Origin: Lama guanicoe
Taxonomy: Eukaryota
NCBI GenBank assembly: GCA_013239625.1
Contig: MU054323.1
Span: forward strand, 18,618,819-18,682,818
Reading direction: 5' to 3'
Length of the DNA stretch: 64,000 nt
Below, in pieces: positions 1 through 11,671 of this stretch (the first letter of the stretch is position 1; every line of letters starts with the position of its first letter). Below the pieces are notes generated by a model. It was not told the DNA's origin and did no database searches. It worked only from the letters and a program-made list of their open reading frames with translations. Both the position numbers and the translations under genes were made by a program.

Positions 1-1024
1 ATATGCATCGTTTCCACATCATCAATCACTCGGAGTGTTTATTATTTATGAGGGCAGATGCAACGTGCTTGACTTTGAAACATGTGGCTCACTGGAAACT
101 GTGGAGAGATTGCTTTCCTGTTATTGTTTTAACCTTTGATTCTTGAGTTGGATTCTAAATAGAAGCTGTAGCATTTCAGAAGGTAATAAGCACAAGATCA
201 TTTTGTTGCATAAGTTTTCAGACCTTCATTTATTCCTTTTGTGTTCTCTATTTTTTGGTTTTTCTAAATCTTCTACTCACACATGGAATGCATAAACTGT
301 GCTTCTTCTTACAGCTACCAATGTGTTTATTCAAGACTGATTAGAACTTCCTAGATACCCAGCATTCCAATAGTGTTAAGGAAACAAAGATGAGTGTCTT
401 TCAGGTACTTAATGAAATGTCAGTAAGAGAAAAATTCTGTGTGTATGCTGAGGGTGCAAAGTTGAATATAACATGGTCATATTTTGAGATGATTTGTGGG
501 GACTGGAAGGAGTAATGGAGTCACAACTCTCTATTCAGAGAACCAGGGATGTCCAAGAACAAAACACAAAGTGGAAGACTTATGTCAGTTTAGCGAAGAC
601 ATCAAACACAAGGTATTAATAACATCAGAAAAAAGAAGCAAAAAATACTGTAAAAAGCACAGTAAAGTTTATGATGACTAACATCTAGTTGGAACATATA
701 AACAAAGATGCTAATCATATTATACAGAAACATATATATTACACTAGACACAGAATAAGAATATCTACAAATCTACAAAGAGGAATTGATCAGCAATATT
801 TTCTCAAATCTGGACTTAAAACCCTGCTATTCACTATACTTCCCACGCAATTTCTATTTCTTCAATATAAGAACGTGAAAATGAAAGGCCCAGTGATAAA
901 ATCTAGAATTTCCATTTAGCATTTGTAAGATCCAAAGACAAACTAACACAAAGGAGGTTCTCTGCATACAAAAAAGGATAATACTGCACAACACTTGAGT
1001 TTCTCCTGCGCACAGAATTTAACC

Positions 1025-1170
1025 ATTGTGAGGGAACTTTGGTGATCATCCGAGTCAAGCTCTTATTTTATGGTTGAAGAAGCTTAGATCCAGAAAATGA
1101 AACTTAGTTTACCACGACCGCAGAACTGGAGAATGGAAGACCCAAGCCTAGCCCCCAGTTCTCCTGCTAT
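1025..1170 (-). mobile_element. MIR SINE fragment
   Basis: Degenerate MIR core (gatcatccgagtcaagctcttattttatggttgaagaagcttagatccagaaaatgaaacttagtttaccacg...cccccagttctcctg); approximate ends. Confidence 0.6.
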
Positions 1171-2950
1171 CATAACCCAGTGTATTATTACTTTCCCGTA
1201 TTATTCATATCAATGGACAAATAGTCAGGAGCTATATTCTGCATCTGTAATGGGTTTCCCCTTCATTTTCTTTCTCCCACCTTTTTTTTCAATTGATACA
1301 TTTCCCCTTCTTGCAGTTTTGAGAAACGTAGAATCAGATCTGATCTACCCAATTGCGTGTGTGTGCCTTCTAAGTCTGCAAAGCCTCTGCTATCACTCCA
1401 ATCAAATATTTGAATCATTTGGCCCAAATTCTCATACGAGACAGACCTGACAGGTCTAGCTGTCCCACTGCCTTTTACAGATCCATTCATTTCACTTATC
1501 ATTTCTTTTAGGTACCTGAACGTGTTTGTCCTCAATCTAATAGCTCCTTCCTTTGAAAAACGTTTTTCGTGCAAACACTAAAAAATAAACCCCAGGTTCC
1601 AAAGAGGAAACACAAGCATGAGAAATTGCTTTTGAGATTAAATAAATTATAACCAGGTAAAGCCAAACGGGGCCTAGAGACAATTAAGTTCCATCTTTCC
1701 TTTGGCTAACGTTCAGGAAAGTTCATGTCATTCATTTGTGAATGGAATTTCTGTCAACCACTGACAGAGCTGGGATCAGAGGTGAGAGCTCTTGCCTTTC
1801 TGTCTGACGATTTTGGTTATATTTTCTAAGGAAAAATGCAGAGGGAAATACATACGGAAACAGAGACGGGGAACTGTTTGCCAGCTATCATGCTTTTATG
1901 TTTTCCTGCCCGTTATCTCATTTGGCCATCCCTCCCCCACCAAAACCAGTCACGTCTGTATTACTGTCTTTCATTTACACATGAAGAACTGGAGCTAAAC
2001 TTAAGCAACAAGTCAGACAGCTTAGAGGTGAAGTCTGATCTGGATTTGTCCGTTTACCTTTGGCATAAGCACCAAGATAAATAAAATGAAGATCAAGTTG
2101 AAAAGTTACATATCAATTGATATGCAATTTTATGACTGTTCAGAGGCACAATTTCTTCAATGTTCATGAAATAAAAATGCCGTTTTGAACGATGATTATC
2201 CAAGTCAGAAGATGTGGTGGAAACAGCATAAATTTTAGTGTCTGTCAGACATATGTTCAAATTCTGCCTTGTCTGCCTAGAAGGTAGTAACTCAATCAAT
2301 AACAGTCATAATAATCAACTTTTTTTTTATTATTCTCTTTGTATCTGAAAGTACAGTGTCTTCTGAGGAAAATATACTCTATATTAAACGTGTAGGAGGA
2401 AAGAAAAGGGTCCAAGTACAGGACAAACTCTTAAAGCATATGTTTATTTCCTTTCCAACTATGGTTTCTTATTTCTTCATCAGATGACAATGAGTAGAAC
2501 AATTTATGTAAAAATGATAAATGATATCCAGAACAAAGAGTGGGTGTAGGAGCAAAGCACAGATGGGCCCGTGGATAAAACACCAACGTGTACAATGAGA
2601 GCCTTGTCACAAGTCTGTTATTCCATTGTATCTTGCAACTTTTGGCCTTGAACTTCACAGCAAGAAGGGAGCCCAGTGGCTATGAAGTCCAGCCTCCCCA
2701 TCCCATAGAGGAAACCAAGGTCTGGAGAAAATGAATGACTTGCTAATTATTTGCTTTGCGACAGAACTGCAGCTTGGGGCCGGGATATAGGATTTTGAGT
2801 GTAATAGTTTTCCTTTTAATCTCCAAGCATTGAAACTGGTGCTTGTTTAAAGACTTAACCTCCTTCGTTGATTGGGTGAAACTTTGTTATAAAGTACTGT
2901 CAATGACTGGTAGATGTCAAAAATTATTTGATTTTTCAAACAATAGCATT

Positions 2951-3207
2951 TTATCTTATTTATTTATTTTAGTTGAAGTATATTATAGTCAGTTATAATT
3001 TGTCAATTTCTGGTTCACAGAATAATGTCCCAGTCATGCATATGTATACACATATTCGTTTTCATATTTTTTTCACTAAAGGTTATTATAAGATATTGAA
3101 TAGAGTTCCCTGGGCTATACAGAAGAAATTTGTTCTTTATCTATTTTTATATATAGTGGTTATCACTTGCAAATCTCAAACTCTGAAATTTGTCCCTACT
3201 CACCATC
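2951..3207 (-). mobile_element. 5'-truncated young L1, 3'UTR end
   Basis: T-rich tail followed by the reverse complement of the 3'UTR at 8520-8760 (gtcaatttctgg, ggttattataagatattgaatagagttccctgggctatacagaagaaa). Confidence 0.9.
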
Positions 3208-4088
3208 TTTTTTTTCTTTTTTTAATAAAACGCTTAAAAAAAAACAAGTCCATTCAGGGGCTACATTTGAAGAGCTCTAGGGAAACCCTTCAGTAATTAT
3301 GAGATACTCATCCCTGACTCATCATTTTTTACTTCATTTGCAGGAGACACTTTAGCTCTAATAAGTGGAAGAATACAAGCCCTAAGTCACATTTTAGGTG
3401 TTCTCTAATTTTTTAGATGCTATCTAATGGGATATCCACATGTCTCTAAATAAACAGGTAATATGACTAGGAATAGGTGGTCTATCTGATGGGCACATTG
3501 GTAAATTGAGACAAGTTTCAAGACCCAAATGGAGGTATTACCCAAGTTGTGTCTGGTGCTGTCTGATTAAAATCTACTTTTCAAAGTATTACCCAAAAGG
3601 ATTTCAGAACTATCTGAAGATAGAAAATACTGCTTATGACAAGTACTTCAAACAGTTGGATCAAGATCTGGATGATGTTGCTAAAAATGCTAGTGGAAAT
3701 TTCTTGTTACCACCATGTGTTGTTTTTGCCCTTTATAACCAGATAAACCAATGCTGAGTTTAAAAAACAAAATTCTCAGAATATTTGTGAATATAAATTG
3801 GAAGATAAAATAATTAAAAAGAGAAAGTTCATCTAAAAGAGAAAGATCTCAATTACACCCTCTTCGGTGTAAGTCCTCTCTGGGGCTCCTGACGTCGATA
3901 GTTTTGAGATGGGTGACTTTGAGTAGCCTTACAATAAATAAACTGTATATTTTGGAGTTAATCGACTGCCACGCCCACACATCCTTCAACATATTAATGA
4001 GTAATGCTACAAAAATCTGTTTATAAGTTAGTCAGGTGGACCTTAGAATGTAAAGAACAAGTAGGTTTCGTGAAAGTAACAGTTTGTT

Positions 4089-4231
4089 GTGGGAGGGTAC
4101 AGCTCAGCGGTAGTGTGTGCATGTTCAGCATGCACAAGGCTCTGGGTTCAATCCCCAGTACCTCCATTCAAACAAACAAATAAATAAACCTAATACCCTC
4201 CCTCCTAAACAAACAAAAATAAGAAAACCAA
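4089..4231 (+). mobile_element. tRNA-Ala-derived camelid SINE (vic-1-like)
   Basis: A box (agctcagcggtag), B box (gggttcaatcc), tRNA-Ala-like body, A-rich tail; TSD AAAGTAAC(A/T)GTTTG at 4073-4086 and 4232-4245. Confidence 0.9.
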
Positions 4232-4354
4232 AAAGTAACTGTTTGCAGCTGAATGAGGAAGGGATAGACTCCCCTGCTGGGGGCATGTGGAACATAAAGA
4301 GAAAAACAGAACTCAGCATACATTTTCTTTTAGTTCTTCATCCAATGAGAATTA

Positions 4355-4773
4355 TTTTGACTTACTCATTTCGTTATTCAATAAACATTTATGGACTCCA
4401 CCCACTGTATGGTATCTAAAGATGAGTAAGGTAAGTACACACCCCCAAGTTACTTAAAGTCGAATGACGAGGCAGAAAAATGCACACTGAGGATACTAAG
4501 CATTATCAAGGAGACAGACGCGGGGCGCGGCGCAGTAGGAACACACAGGGAGAGTACAAATTAGAACTGGGTAATGCGGTGGGCATCACAGACAGGAGGG
4601 TTCTTGTACTGAGTTTTAAAGCAAGTGCACGCTTTGTTAAGTGAAAAGAGAAAAAAAAAAAAAACCAGTGAAGAAAAAGGTAATGAACATGTGAGAAAAC
4701 GGAGGCCTGAGCCACTCCTCCCTACTTCCGTGAACGGTAACTAGTCCGGTAAAGCCGGGCGACGGGTGTTGTT
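4355..4773 (-). mobile_element. L2 3' portion, split by the L1 insertion (left part)
   Basis: ttactcatttcgttattcaataaacatttatgg is L2 3'-end-like; L2-like sequence resumes right of the L1 at ~8790. Confidence 0.65.
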
Positions 4774-5880
4774 GGGCGGGGAGCGGCCAAGACGGCGGAG
4801 TAGAGGGGCGCTCGGAGCTCACCCTCTCCCACAAATACAAGAGAGACATCCACAGACCCAGCCATCCGCTCAGAACACCTGCTGAACTGTGACGGAACAT
4901 CACCTTCTTCAAAAGACAAAATTCCTCACAAATCTGGTAGGAGGAGGGAAGAAAAGGAAGAAGAAAAAGGAAATAAGGGCAGGACCTGTCCCGCGGGGAG
5001 AGAGCGGCAAAGGAGGAATATGGCTCTCATGCTGGGGCTCCCCCCTCCAATGGAGAGGTCGGTCAGTGGGGACAGAGGGGGACCTCTGAGGCTCGCACTG
5101 TGTAGAGCAGCCCTTGACAGACATAACTAAGTGACATGGGCACAAAGGGTCCTTGCAGCCCCCAGCCCGAGACCAAACCAGCGGAGGTGCGACTGGACAG
5201 GCTGCCTGAGGCGGTGGGGGTGGGGGGGAGGGGACGACTGGCGCCGACTAGTAAAATACAAAAAAAAAAAAAGGAAAGGAAAGCCACCCTGCTGGTGTGC
5301 GCGCGGGGAAGGCTGCCATAGCCTTTGTCTCCACAGGCCTGCCGCGCCACTGCTGGCGCGCTCTGAGAAGAGAGGCAGGGCCTGGCCACAGCCACCATCA
5401 TGTCTGGTGCGCGGCCCTCAGGCGGAGGTGGGGTTGAAACCTGACCCACTAACCAGGGGCTCCGAAACCTCAAAGGACAGACTGAGATTTGTTTACAACC
5501 CCAGGCATAAGGGACCGTTTGGCTCCTTGGGTGCCTTTGTGGACCGGGGCCTCTAAGACAAACAGTGAGGAGCAGAGTTCCGCACACAGTGGGGGTGAGG
5601 GCTGGTGTGGCCATTTTCTGTGAGCCCACCGGCCCTGCACAGATTCAGCGCTGGGAGCGTCACTGACCTGGTGGCGCGACCTGTGGCCCTCTGGAATGAC
5701 CGAGTGGAGTTCCTGCAGTGGGGCGAGGGCGGGAGCGGCGTCTGGCACTAGAAGCTGCACTGACCAGGTGGCGCAGCTCCAGGGCCTCTGGAAAGAGCAG
5801 GCGGAGTTTGCGCAGTGGGGCGAGCGCAGGGGCGGCGTTTGGCGCTGGCTAGGCACTGAGGGGATAGAGCGCCCCAGAAA
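4774..5880 (+). promoter_or_regulatory. L1 5'UTR internal promoter / CpG island
   Basis: Dense CpG and GC content against an AT-rich background; YY1-type motif variant CAAGACGGCG at 4788-4797. Confidence 0.7.
5661..5859 (+). repeat. Diverged ~97-bp tandem duplication inside the L1 5'UTR
   Basis: Units 5661-5757 and 5758-5853 share cactgacc(t/a)ggtggcgc...ctctggaa...gcagtggggcgag...gcggcgt; a third cactga at 5854. Confidence 0.85.
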
Positions 5881-6548
5881 TCCACTAACTGCATTGGTAG
5901 CCCTGAGGGCAGAGAATCTGGGGGACACCAGAGCAGTGCACTGACATTCCTGCAGCCAAAGCAGGGACAAGGGCAGAGTCAACAAAGAGCACTTAAAGCT
6001 CTCCAACCCCACCCACTACCCACTGCAGTTCAGAAATGGGTCTGGGCGCCTCCATTCCAACAAGAGGGGAACAGACCTGGCCCCTATCAGGGCTGTGACA
6101 ACCACAGAACAAAAAGAGGCCCCACTCAATGCTCTGGTCACCACAACACTGGCCACAGCCCTAGTCAAAGGGATAACAGCCAACACACATGGAGGAAAGA
6201 CCTGGCAACCATCCATACTAAAAATAGACCTGGTGACAAAATTATTAGGGGTGCACAGTCTACACAGGAACGCATTCTCTCTCTTAGTTTTAAATTATAT
6301 TTTGTGTTACTTTATTTTTTATGTTTTTAAATTCTTTTAAATTAAAAAATTAAATTTGTGTTTTTATTTTATTTTATTTAAAATATTTTTCTTCTTTAAA
6401 CATTTTTTAAATTAAAAAAATATATTTGGGTTTTTTGTTTTTTGTTTTAGTTTTATTTCCACATCCTCTTAAAAAAAACACAAACCTTTAAGACCAGAGT
6501 AGATAACAGATACTCCATAATCTACAGTGCCAGAAAGATATAAGTAAA

Positions 6549-7437
6549 ATGAAGAAGCAGAGGAACCACTCCCAATTAAAATAAGAGAAGTCCCCTGAAA
6601 GAATGATCAATGAAATAGACCTAGATAGTCTACTAGATCATGACTTCAAAAAGGGAATGATCAAATCACTGAAGGAACTAAGAGACTATGAATAGGGACA
6701 GAGACTACTTCACAATGGAAATTGAAACTATAAAGAGGAGCCAGTTAAAAACAGAAAACTAAAAAGGCAGAGATAAGAGCCAAACTAAAGGTGTCAAAAG
6801 CAGACTAGACAATGCAGAGAAATGAATAAATGACTTAGAAGACTTGATAATGGATGTCATCCAATCAGAACAGCAGACAGAAAAGTAAATACAAGCCAAT
6901 GAAAGCAATATAAGAGACCTATGGGGTAAAGTAAAGCATGTCAACTTACACATAATAGGGGTCCCAGAAGGAGAAGAAAGAGCAAAGGGGATTGAAAAGG
7001 TATTTGAAGAAATCATGACTGAAAACTTCCCAAACTATAAAGAAGGAATCAGATATCCAAGTACAGGAAGCACAAAGAGTCCTCAACAAGAAGAACTCAA
7101 ACAGACCTACACCAAAGCTTTATAATCAAGATGGCCAAGGTTAAAGATAAAGAACATAATTCTAAAGGCAGCAAGAGAAAAACAAAGAGTTAGTTACAAG
7201 GAAACCCCCATAAGGCTTTCAGCTAATTTCTCTACACAAACACTGCAAGCCAGAAGGGAGTGGAAAGATACATTCAAAGCTCTGAATGAGAAAAAGCTGC
7301 AACCTAGGATACTTTATCCAGCAAGGTTATCCTTTAGAATAGAAGGAGAGATAAAGAATTCCACGGATAAGCAAAAACTAAAAAAATTCAGCAATATGAG
7401 ATCTATGCTAAAAGAAATATTGAAACATCTACTCTAA
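6549..7437 (+). pseudogene. L1 ORF1p remnant (stops/frameshifts)
   Basis: MKKQRNHSQLK*; IIGVPEGEERAKGIEKVFEEIMTENFPN; LQARREWKDTFKALNEKKLQPRILYPARLSFRIEGEIKN; ends MLKEILKHLL*. Confidence 0.92.
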
Positions 7438-7461
7438 ATAGAAAATAAGCAGGATGCAGTA

Positions 7462-8437
7462 GAACACTTCCTCACTCCACACACAAAAATAAACTCAAAA
7501 TGGCTTAAAGTCTTAAATATAAAACAAGATACGATAAATCTCCTGGAAGAAAACACAGCAAAATGTTGTCTAACATAAATCTTCGCAATGTTCTTATATG
7601 GCAGTCCACCCAGGCAATAGAAGTAAGAGCAAATAAAAGTAAATGGGACCTAATTAAACTTACAAGCTTTTGCACAGCAAAAGAAACCACAAACAAAACA
7701 AAATGGAAACCTATGGAATGGGAGAAAATGTTTGCAAATGATGCAACTGACAAAGGCTTAATTTCCAGAATGTATAAACAGCTCATACAACTTAATAACA
7801 AAAAAAACAAACAACACAACCCAGAAATGGGCAGGGGAACTAAACATGCAGTTCTCTAATAAAGACATACAAATGGCCAATAGGTACATGAAAAAATGCT
7901 CAATATCACTAATTATCAGAGAAATGCAAATCAAAACTACAATGAGGTATCACCTCACACCAGTCAGAATGGCCATCATTCGAAAGTCCACAAACGACAA
8001 ACGCTGGAGAGGCTGTGGAGAAAAGGGAACCCTCCTACACTGCTGATGGGAATGTAGTTTGGTGAAGCTATTAAGGAAAACAGTATGGAGATTCCTCAAA
8101 AAACTAAAAATAGACCTACCATATGATACAGCAACCCCACTTCTGGGTATAAATCCATAGGGAACTATAATTTGAAAAGATACATGCTTCCCAATGTTCA
8201 CAGCAGCACTATATACAATAGCCAAGACATGGAAGCAACCTAAGTGTCCATTGACAGATGACTGGATAAAGAAGCTGTGGTATATAATACAATGGAATAC
8301 TATTCAGCCATAAAAAGAATAAAATAATGCCTTTTGCAGCAACATGGATGAACCAGGAGATTGTCATTCTAAGTGAAGTAAGCCAGAAAGAGAAAGGAAA
8401 AATACACCATATGATATTACTCATATGTGGAGTGTAA
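7462..8437 (+). pseudogene. L1 ORF2p C-terminal remnant only
   Basis: [71 protein letters not shown] (CCHC region). Confidence 0.92.
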
Positions 8438-8789
8438 AAAAGAAAAAGAAAAAAAAAGGACACTATGAACTCATCTACAAAACAGAAACAGACTTGCAGA
8501 CATAGTAAATAATCTTATGGTCATCAGGGAAAGGGGGTGGGAAGGGAAACATTTGGGAGTCAGATTTACAAATGTTAGCCACTATATATAAAAATAGAAA
8601 AAAAGTTTCTTCTGTATAGCACAGGGAACTATGTTCAATATCTTGTAATAACCTTCAATGAAAAAATATGAAAATGAGTATACATATGTATATGCATGGC
8701 TAGGACTTTGTGCTGTATACCAGAAATTGACACATTGTAATTGATTGTTTTTCAATTAAGAAAAAAAGAAAAGGAAAGAATCTTTATTG

Positions 8790-9300
8790 GGAGATAGAAA
8801 GGGACAAACGTAGGAATGTAGATGGGGCTGTAATTCCAGGGGCCTTTGGTACTATGCTAATGAATTTGGATTTTTTCCTGGAAGTTACAGGGACTCATTA
8901 AAAGACTTTACATGTGTGTATGCCAGATCAAAATTGTGTTTTAGCAAGATCACTTTGGCAACAAAGTGGAGATAGTCAGGAAGGGCCAGAAAGGGGGAAG
9001 AGCACCTTTTAGCATGCTATTGCAATAACACATGTTATAAACTATCAAAGGCAGTGGTAATGGATATGAGAGACATACAAGAGGTAAGAACTATAGGGTT
9101 TAGGGATTTGTTATAATGGGAGACAGCAAGTCAAGGAGTCTAAGCATAATCAAAGCATTAGATAAACCAGAAAGAGCAATTTTGTGGGCAATAAACATGA
9201 TGTGTTAAAGTTGAAACATGCTAAATTTTGGTTAGGGGATCTATGGACATGAGTTGAATAGACAGTTGAATGTATGGATCGAAGGGTAGACGGTAAGTAT
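8790..9300 (-). mobile_element. L2 continuation (right part)
   Basis: gcctttggtactatgctaatgaatttggattttttcctg...ccagatcaaaattgtgttttagcaagatcactttggca is typical antisense L2. Confidence 0.7.
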
Positions 9301-9419
9301 TAGTAATGGGAAAGTAGAGTCAGAATAAAGTGATGGTAAAACAGTATCTGGCTGTTCTAAATTTGTTTAGATGTTTGCATGAGTAAATTATATTCCAGTG
9401 TATGGAACCTTTTTATAAG

Positions 9420-10250
9420 AAAATGTTGAACCAGTCAGTACTCTGTGAGAAACTCTGGAGACTGAAAGAGAGCAATGAAAGTGCAAATAAGCAAATAGAG
9501 TTTAATGTTCAAAGTCAAGTCAGTCTAACCTCGTGAACACTGAGGGATCTAAAACTAGCTGGAAAGAGAAATGCTATTGGTACCTGATTTCCAACCTTCA
9601 CTGGGATATTTTACATAACTATACAAAGTATAGTTGGATCAAATGGACCAAATGAAGAAATACGGACTGCCTGATGTAATTAGGTGGAGTCCTTGCTAAA
9701 CAACTGTGTTCAAAGATTGCTGACTTGGGATGGATAAAACCTGAGTGATGTACTGAATGGCACTGTCCTTGGCTTTGGCCAAATACTTTGTAAGAGTATT
9801 GGATGAAGGTATAAGAGCCTTCTCACTACATTTGCAATAGATGCCAAAGTTGAAGAATGAAAACAGGCTGCATGACACTTAGGATCCACAAAGATCTTAA
9901 AAGATGCAGTTTAATAGGGGTGGGTCTCAAGGTCCTGCACCTGGAGCTCTCAAAATTACCTGCAAAGAACTTGACTGAGTTGTGGATTTCAACACCGTAC
10001 CCCCTCCCCACAACATATCAACTAAGTAAGTAATAAAATAGAAGGTGAGTGCACATTCAAACATGAGTTCTCAGGCATTAAATTAAGTAGAAATTCACAC
10101 TTATGTCCTAAGAGGACCTACTAAAAAGTTGGAGCCATAAAGTTTAAGAGAAATGTAATAACTGCTGGTCTTCAGAGACTTCAAGGGATGTCAATTGGAA
10201 TAGGAATCATGTTTCTATCTGATCATAAGGGTTGGAACTAGCAATACTAG
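9420..10250 (+). mobile_element. Ancient L3/CR1 LINE, reverse transcriptase C-terminal region
   Basis: Decayed CR1 RT motifs: ttggatgaaggtata (LDEGI), tttgca..gatgccaaagttg (FADDTKL-like), aggatccacaaagatctt (RIHKDL), atgcagtttaatagg (MQFNR), aaggtcctgcacctgg (KVLHL). Confidence 0.75.
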
Positions 10251-10299
10251 ATTTAAAAGGTATCCTTCTCCATTAATTTCTGTGATGCACTTTCCTGTA

Positions 10300-10545
10300 G
10301 TAGCGTGAATAATAGGATTGACTCTGGAATGAGATTTGTCCACTCTACTATTTATTAGTTCTGTGACCTTGGGTGGATTTGCTTATCCCGTCCCTGTTTT
10401 ATTTTCCTCATCTGAAAATAAGGATGATAATAGGATCTAGCTTATAAGGTCACTGTAAGGATTTAATGAGTTAAGATATGGAAGAGCACTGAGGAAAGTG
10501 CCTGGCACATAGAAATTGCTTTATGTGTTTGCTACCATTTTTAGT
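10300..10545 (+). mobile_element. MIR SINE
   Basis: ctgtgaccttgggtgg...ttttcctcatctgaaaataaggatgataatagg...gtgcctggcacatag. Confidence 0.85.
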
Positions 10546-11314
10546 TAGTAGTTATAAGATCATAGAGGTTAACCAACCTCTATTAATGAAGTAAGGAAAT
10601 ATTAAGTAGAAGAGGAAACTTAGAGAGGTTTATTCTTTAAGCACCTTTTAAGAATGTGTGGATCATTTATTAAGCCAGCATCTAGAAGCTGGTGACAGCT
10701 CCCAAGCATTCTGACTGATGGCGCACCCACACAACTCCTATCAGAGTGTATGGGAAGTCAGCCACAAACAGTAGCCTCCGTCTTAGGACCCAGCACAACT
10801 TTCTGCTTGGGTATCTGACAAGATCAGATAATTCTCTCATTTCTGAATTCTTCATCTTGCCTTCCTACTTTACATACTTTAGTTTCCCATGAGTGTTTCT
10901 GGCCTTTGTGTCTATGGCAATTTAGAATCTGTTTTTTTCTGGCCCACTGTCCTTGACTCTGATCCCATGTCCTTACTGAGGGAGATGGAAAGGGCACCAA
11001 GAAGTTTTTACTTTTAAAAATCCCCAGGGATAAACTCAAGTCCATAGAACCACAAACACACAGCAAGTAGTAGATTTTCATGCAAAATAAAAAAAGTCTT
11101 CATTTCATCTACCAAGTGTAAGAACAACTTTGATATTTTATTAGTAGCTAAATCAACATGACATTGCTTCTAAATGTACTTTCGAGCTCCTCGCACCACT
11201 ATGTTAACTATCCAGCAATCTAACTAGAAAGTCTGGGTCAAATCTTAGAATCATATCCATCATTCATTCTACTCTGTCCCTGAATCATACATTTCTCATG
11301 GACTCATACCTTCC

Positions 11315-11590
11315 TCATACTGAGTTCCATGGAAGGCTGGCATCACAGGATATTAATTATCTCCTTGAAAAAATAAAATCCATAGTCAAATGACTTTGGG
11401 AAACATTGCATACCATCAACAGTGCTTAGATGTTCACAAAGCAAATTAGTTTCTTAAAAGCTCCAAGAACTCCTTCGGTAAATAATCAGTTTGCCTGGGT
11501 TTAACCTAGTAATCCCTAATTTACTCTCTCATAGAATTATTTTTAGTTCATAGCCCATTAATATGTTATAAATCTAGTATTTGGTAAAAG
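11315..11590. mobile_element. hAT-Charlie MITE, MER103-like
   Basis: ccatagtcaaatgactttgggaaacattgcatac...ttcacaaagcaaattagtttcttaaaagctccaagaactcc resembles the MER103 consensus. Confidence 0.55.
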
Positions 11591-11671
11591 AGTTTGGTAG
11601 CTATTAATTTTGGCTGCTTTTCTTTGAACACCTACACAGTATTAATTTATTATTGAAAACAGCTCTTTAAT

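Larger units (their letters stand above)
4774..8775 (+). mobile_element. L1 with 5'UTR + ORF1 + ORF2 C-terminus + 3'UTR; EN/RT deleted
   Basis: 5' start gggcggggagcggccaagacggcggagtag; GC/CpG-rich 5'UTR; ORF1 motifs; ORF2 C-terminal Cys-rich motif; 3'UTR ending caattaag + A-rich tail at ~8760-8775. Confidence 0.95.

Noticed and set aside
5131..6012. 141-180 aa ORFs as genes
   Set aside because: They lie in the GC-rich L1 5'UTR, overlap on both strands and show no domain
9910..10010. MER5-like MITE
   Set aside because: Better explained as part of the L3/CR1 RT (MQFNR/KVLHL motifs in order)
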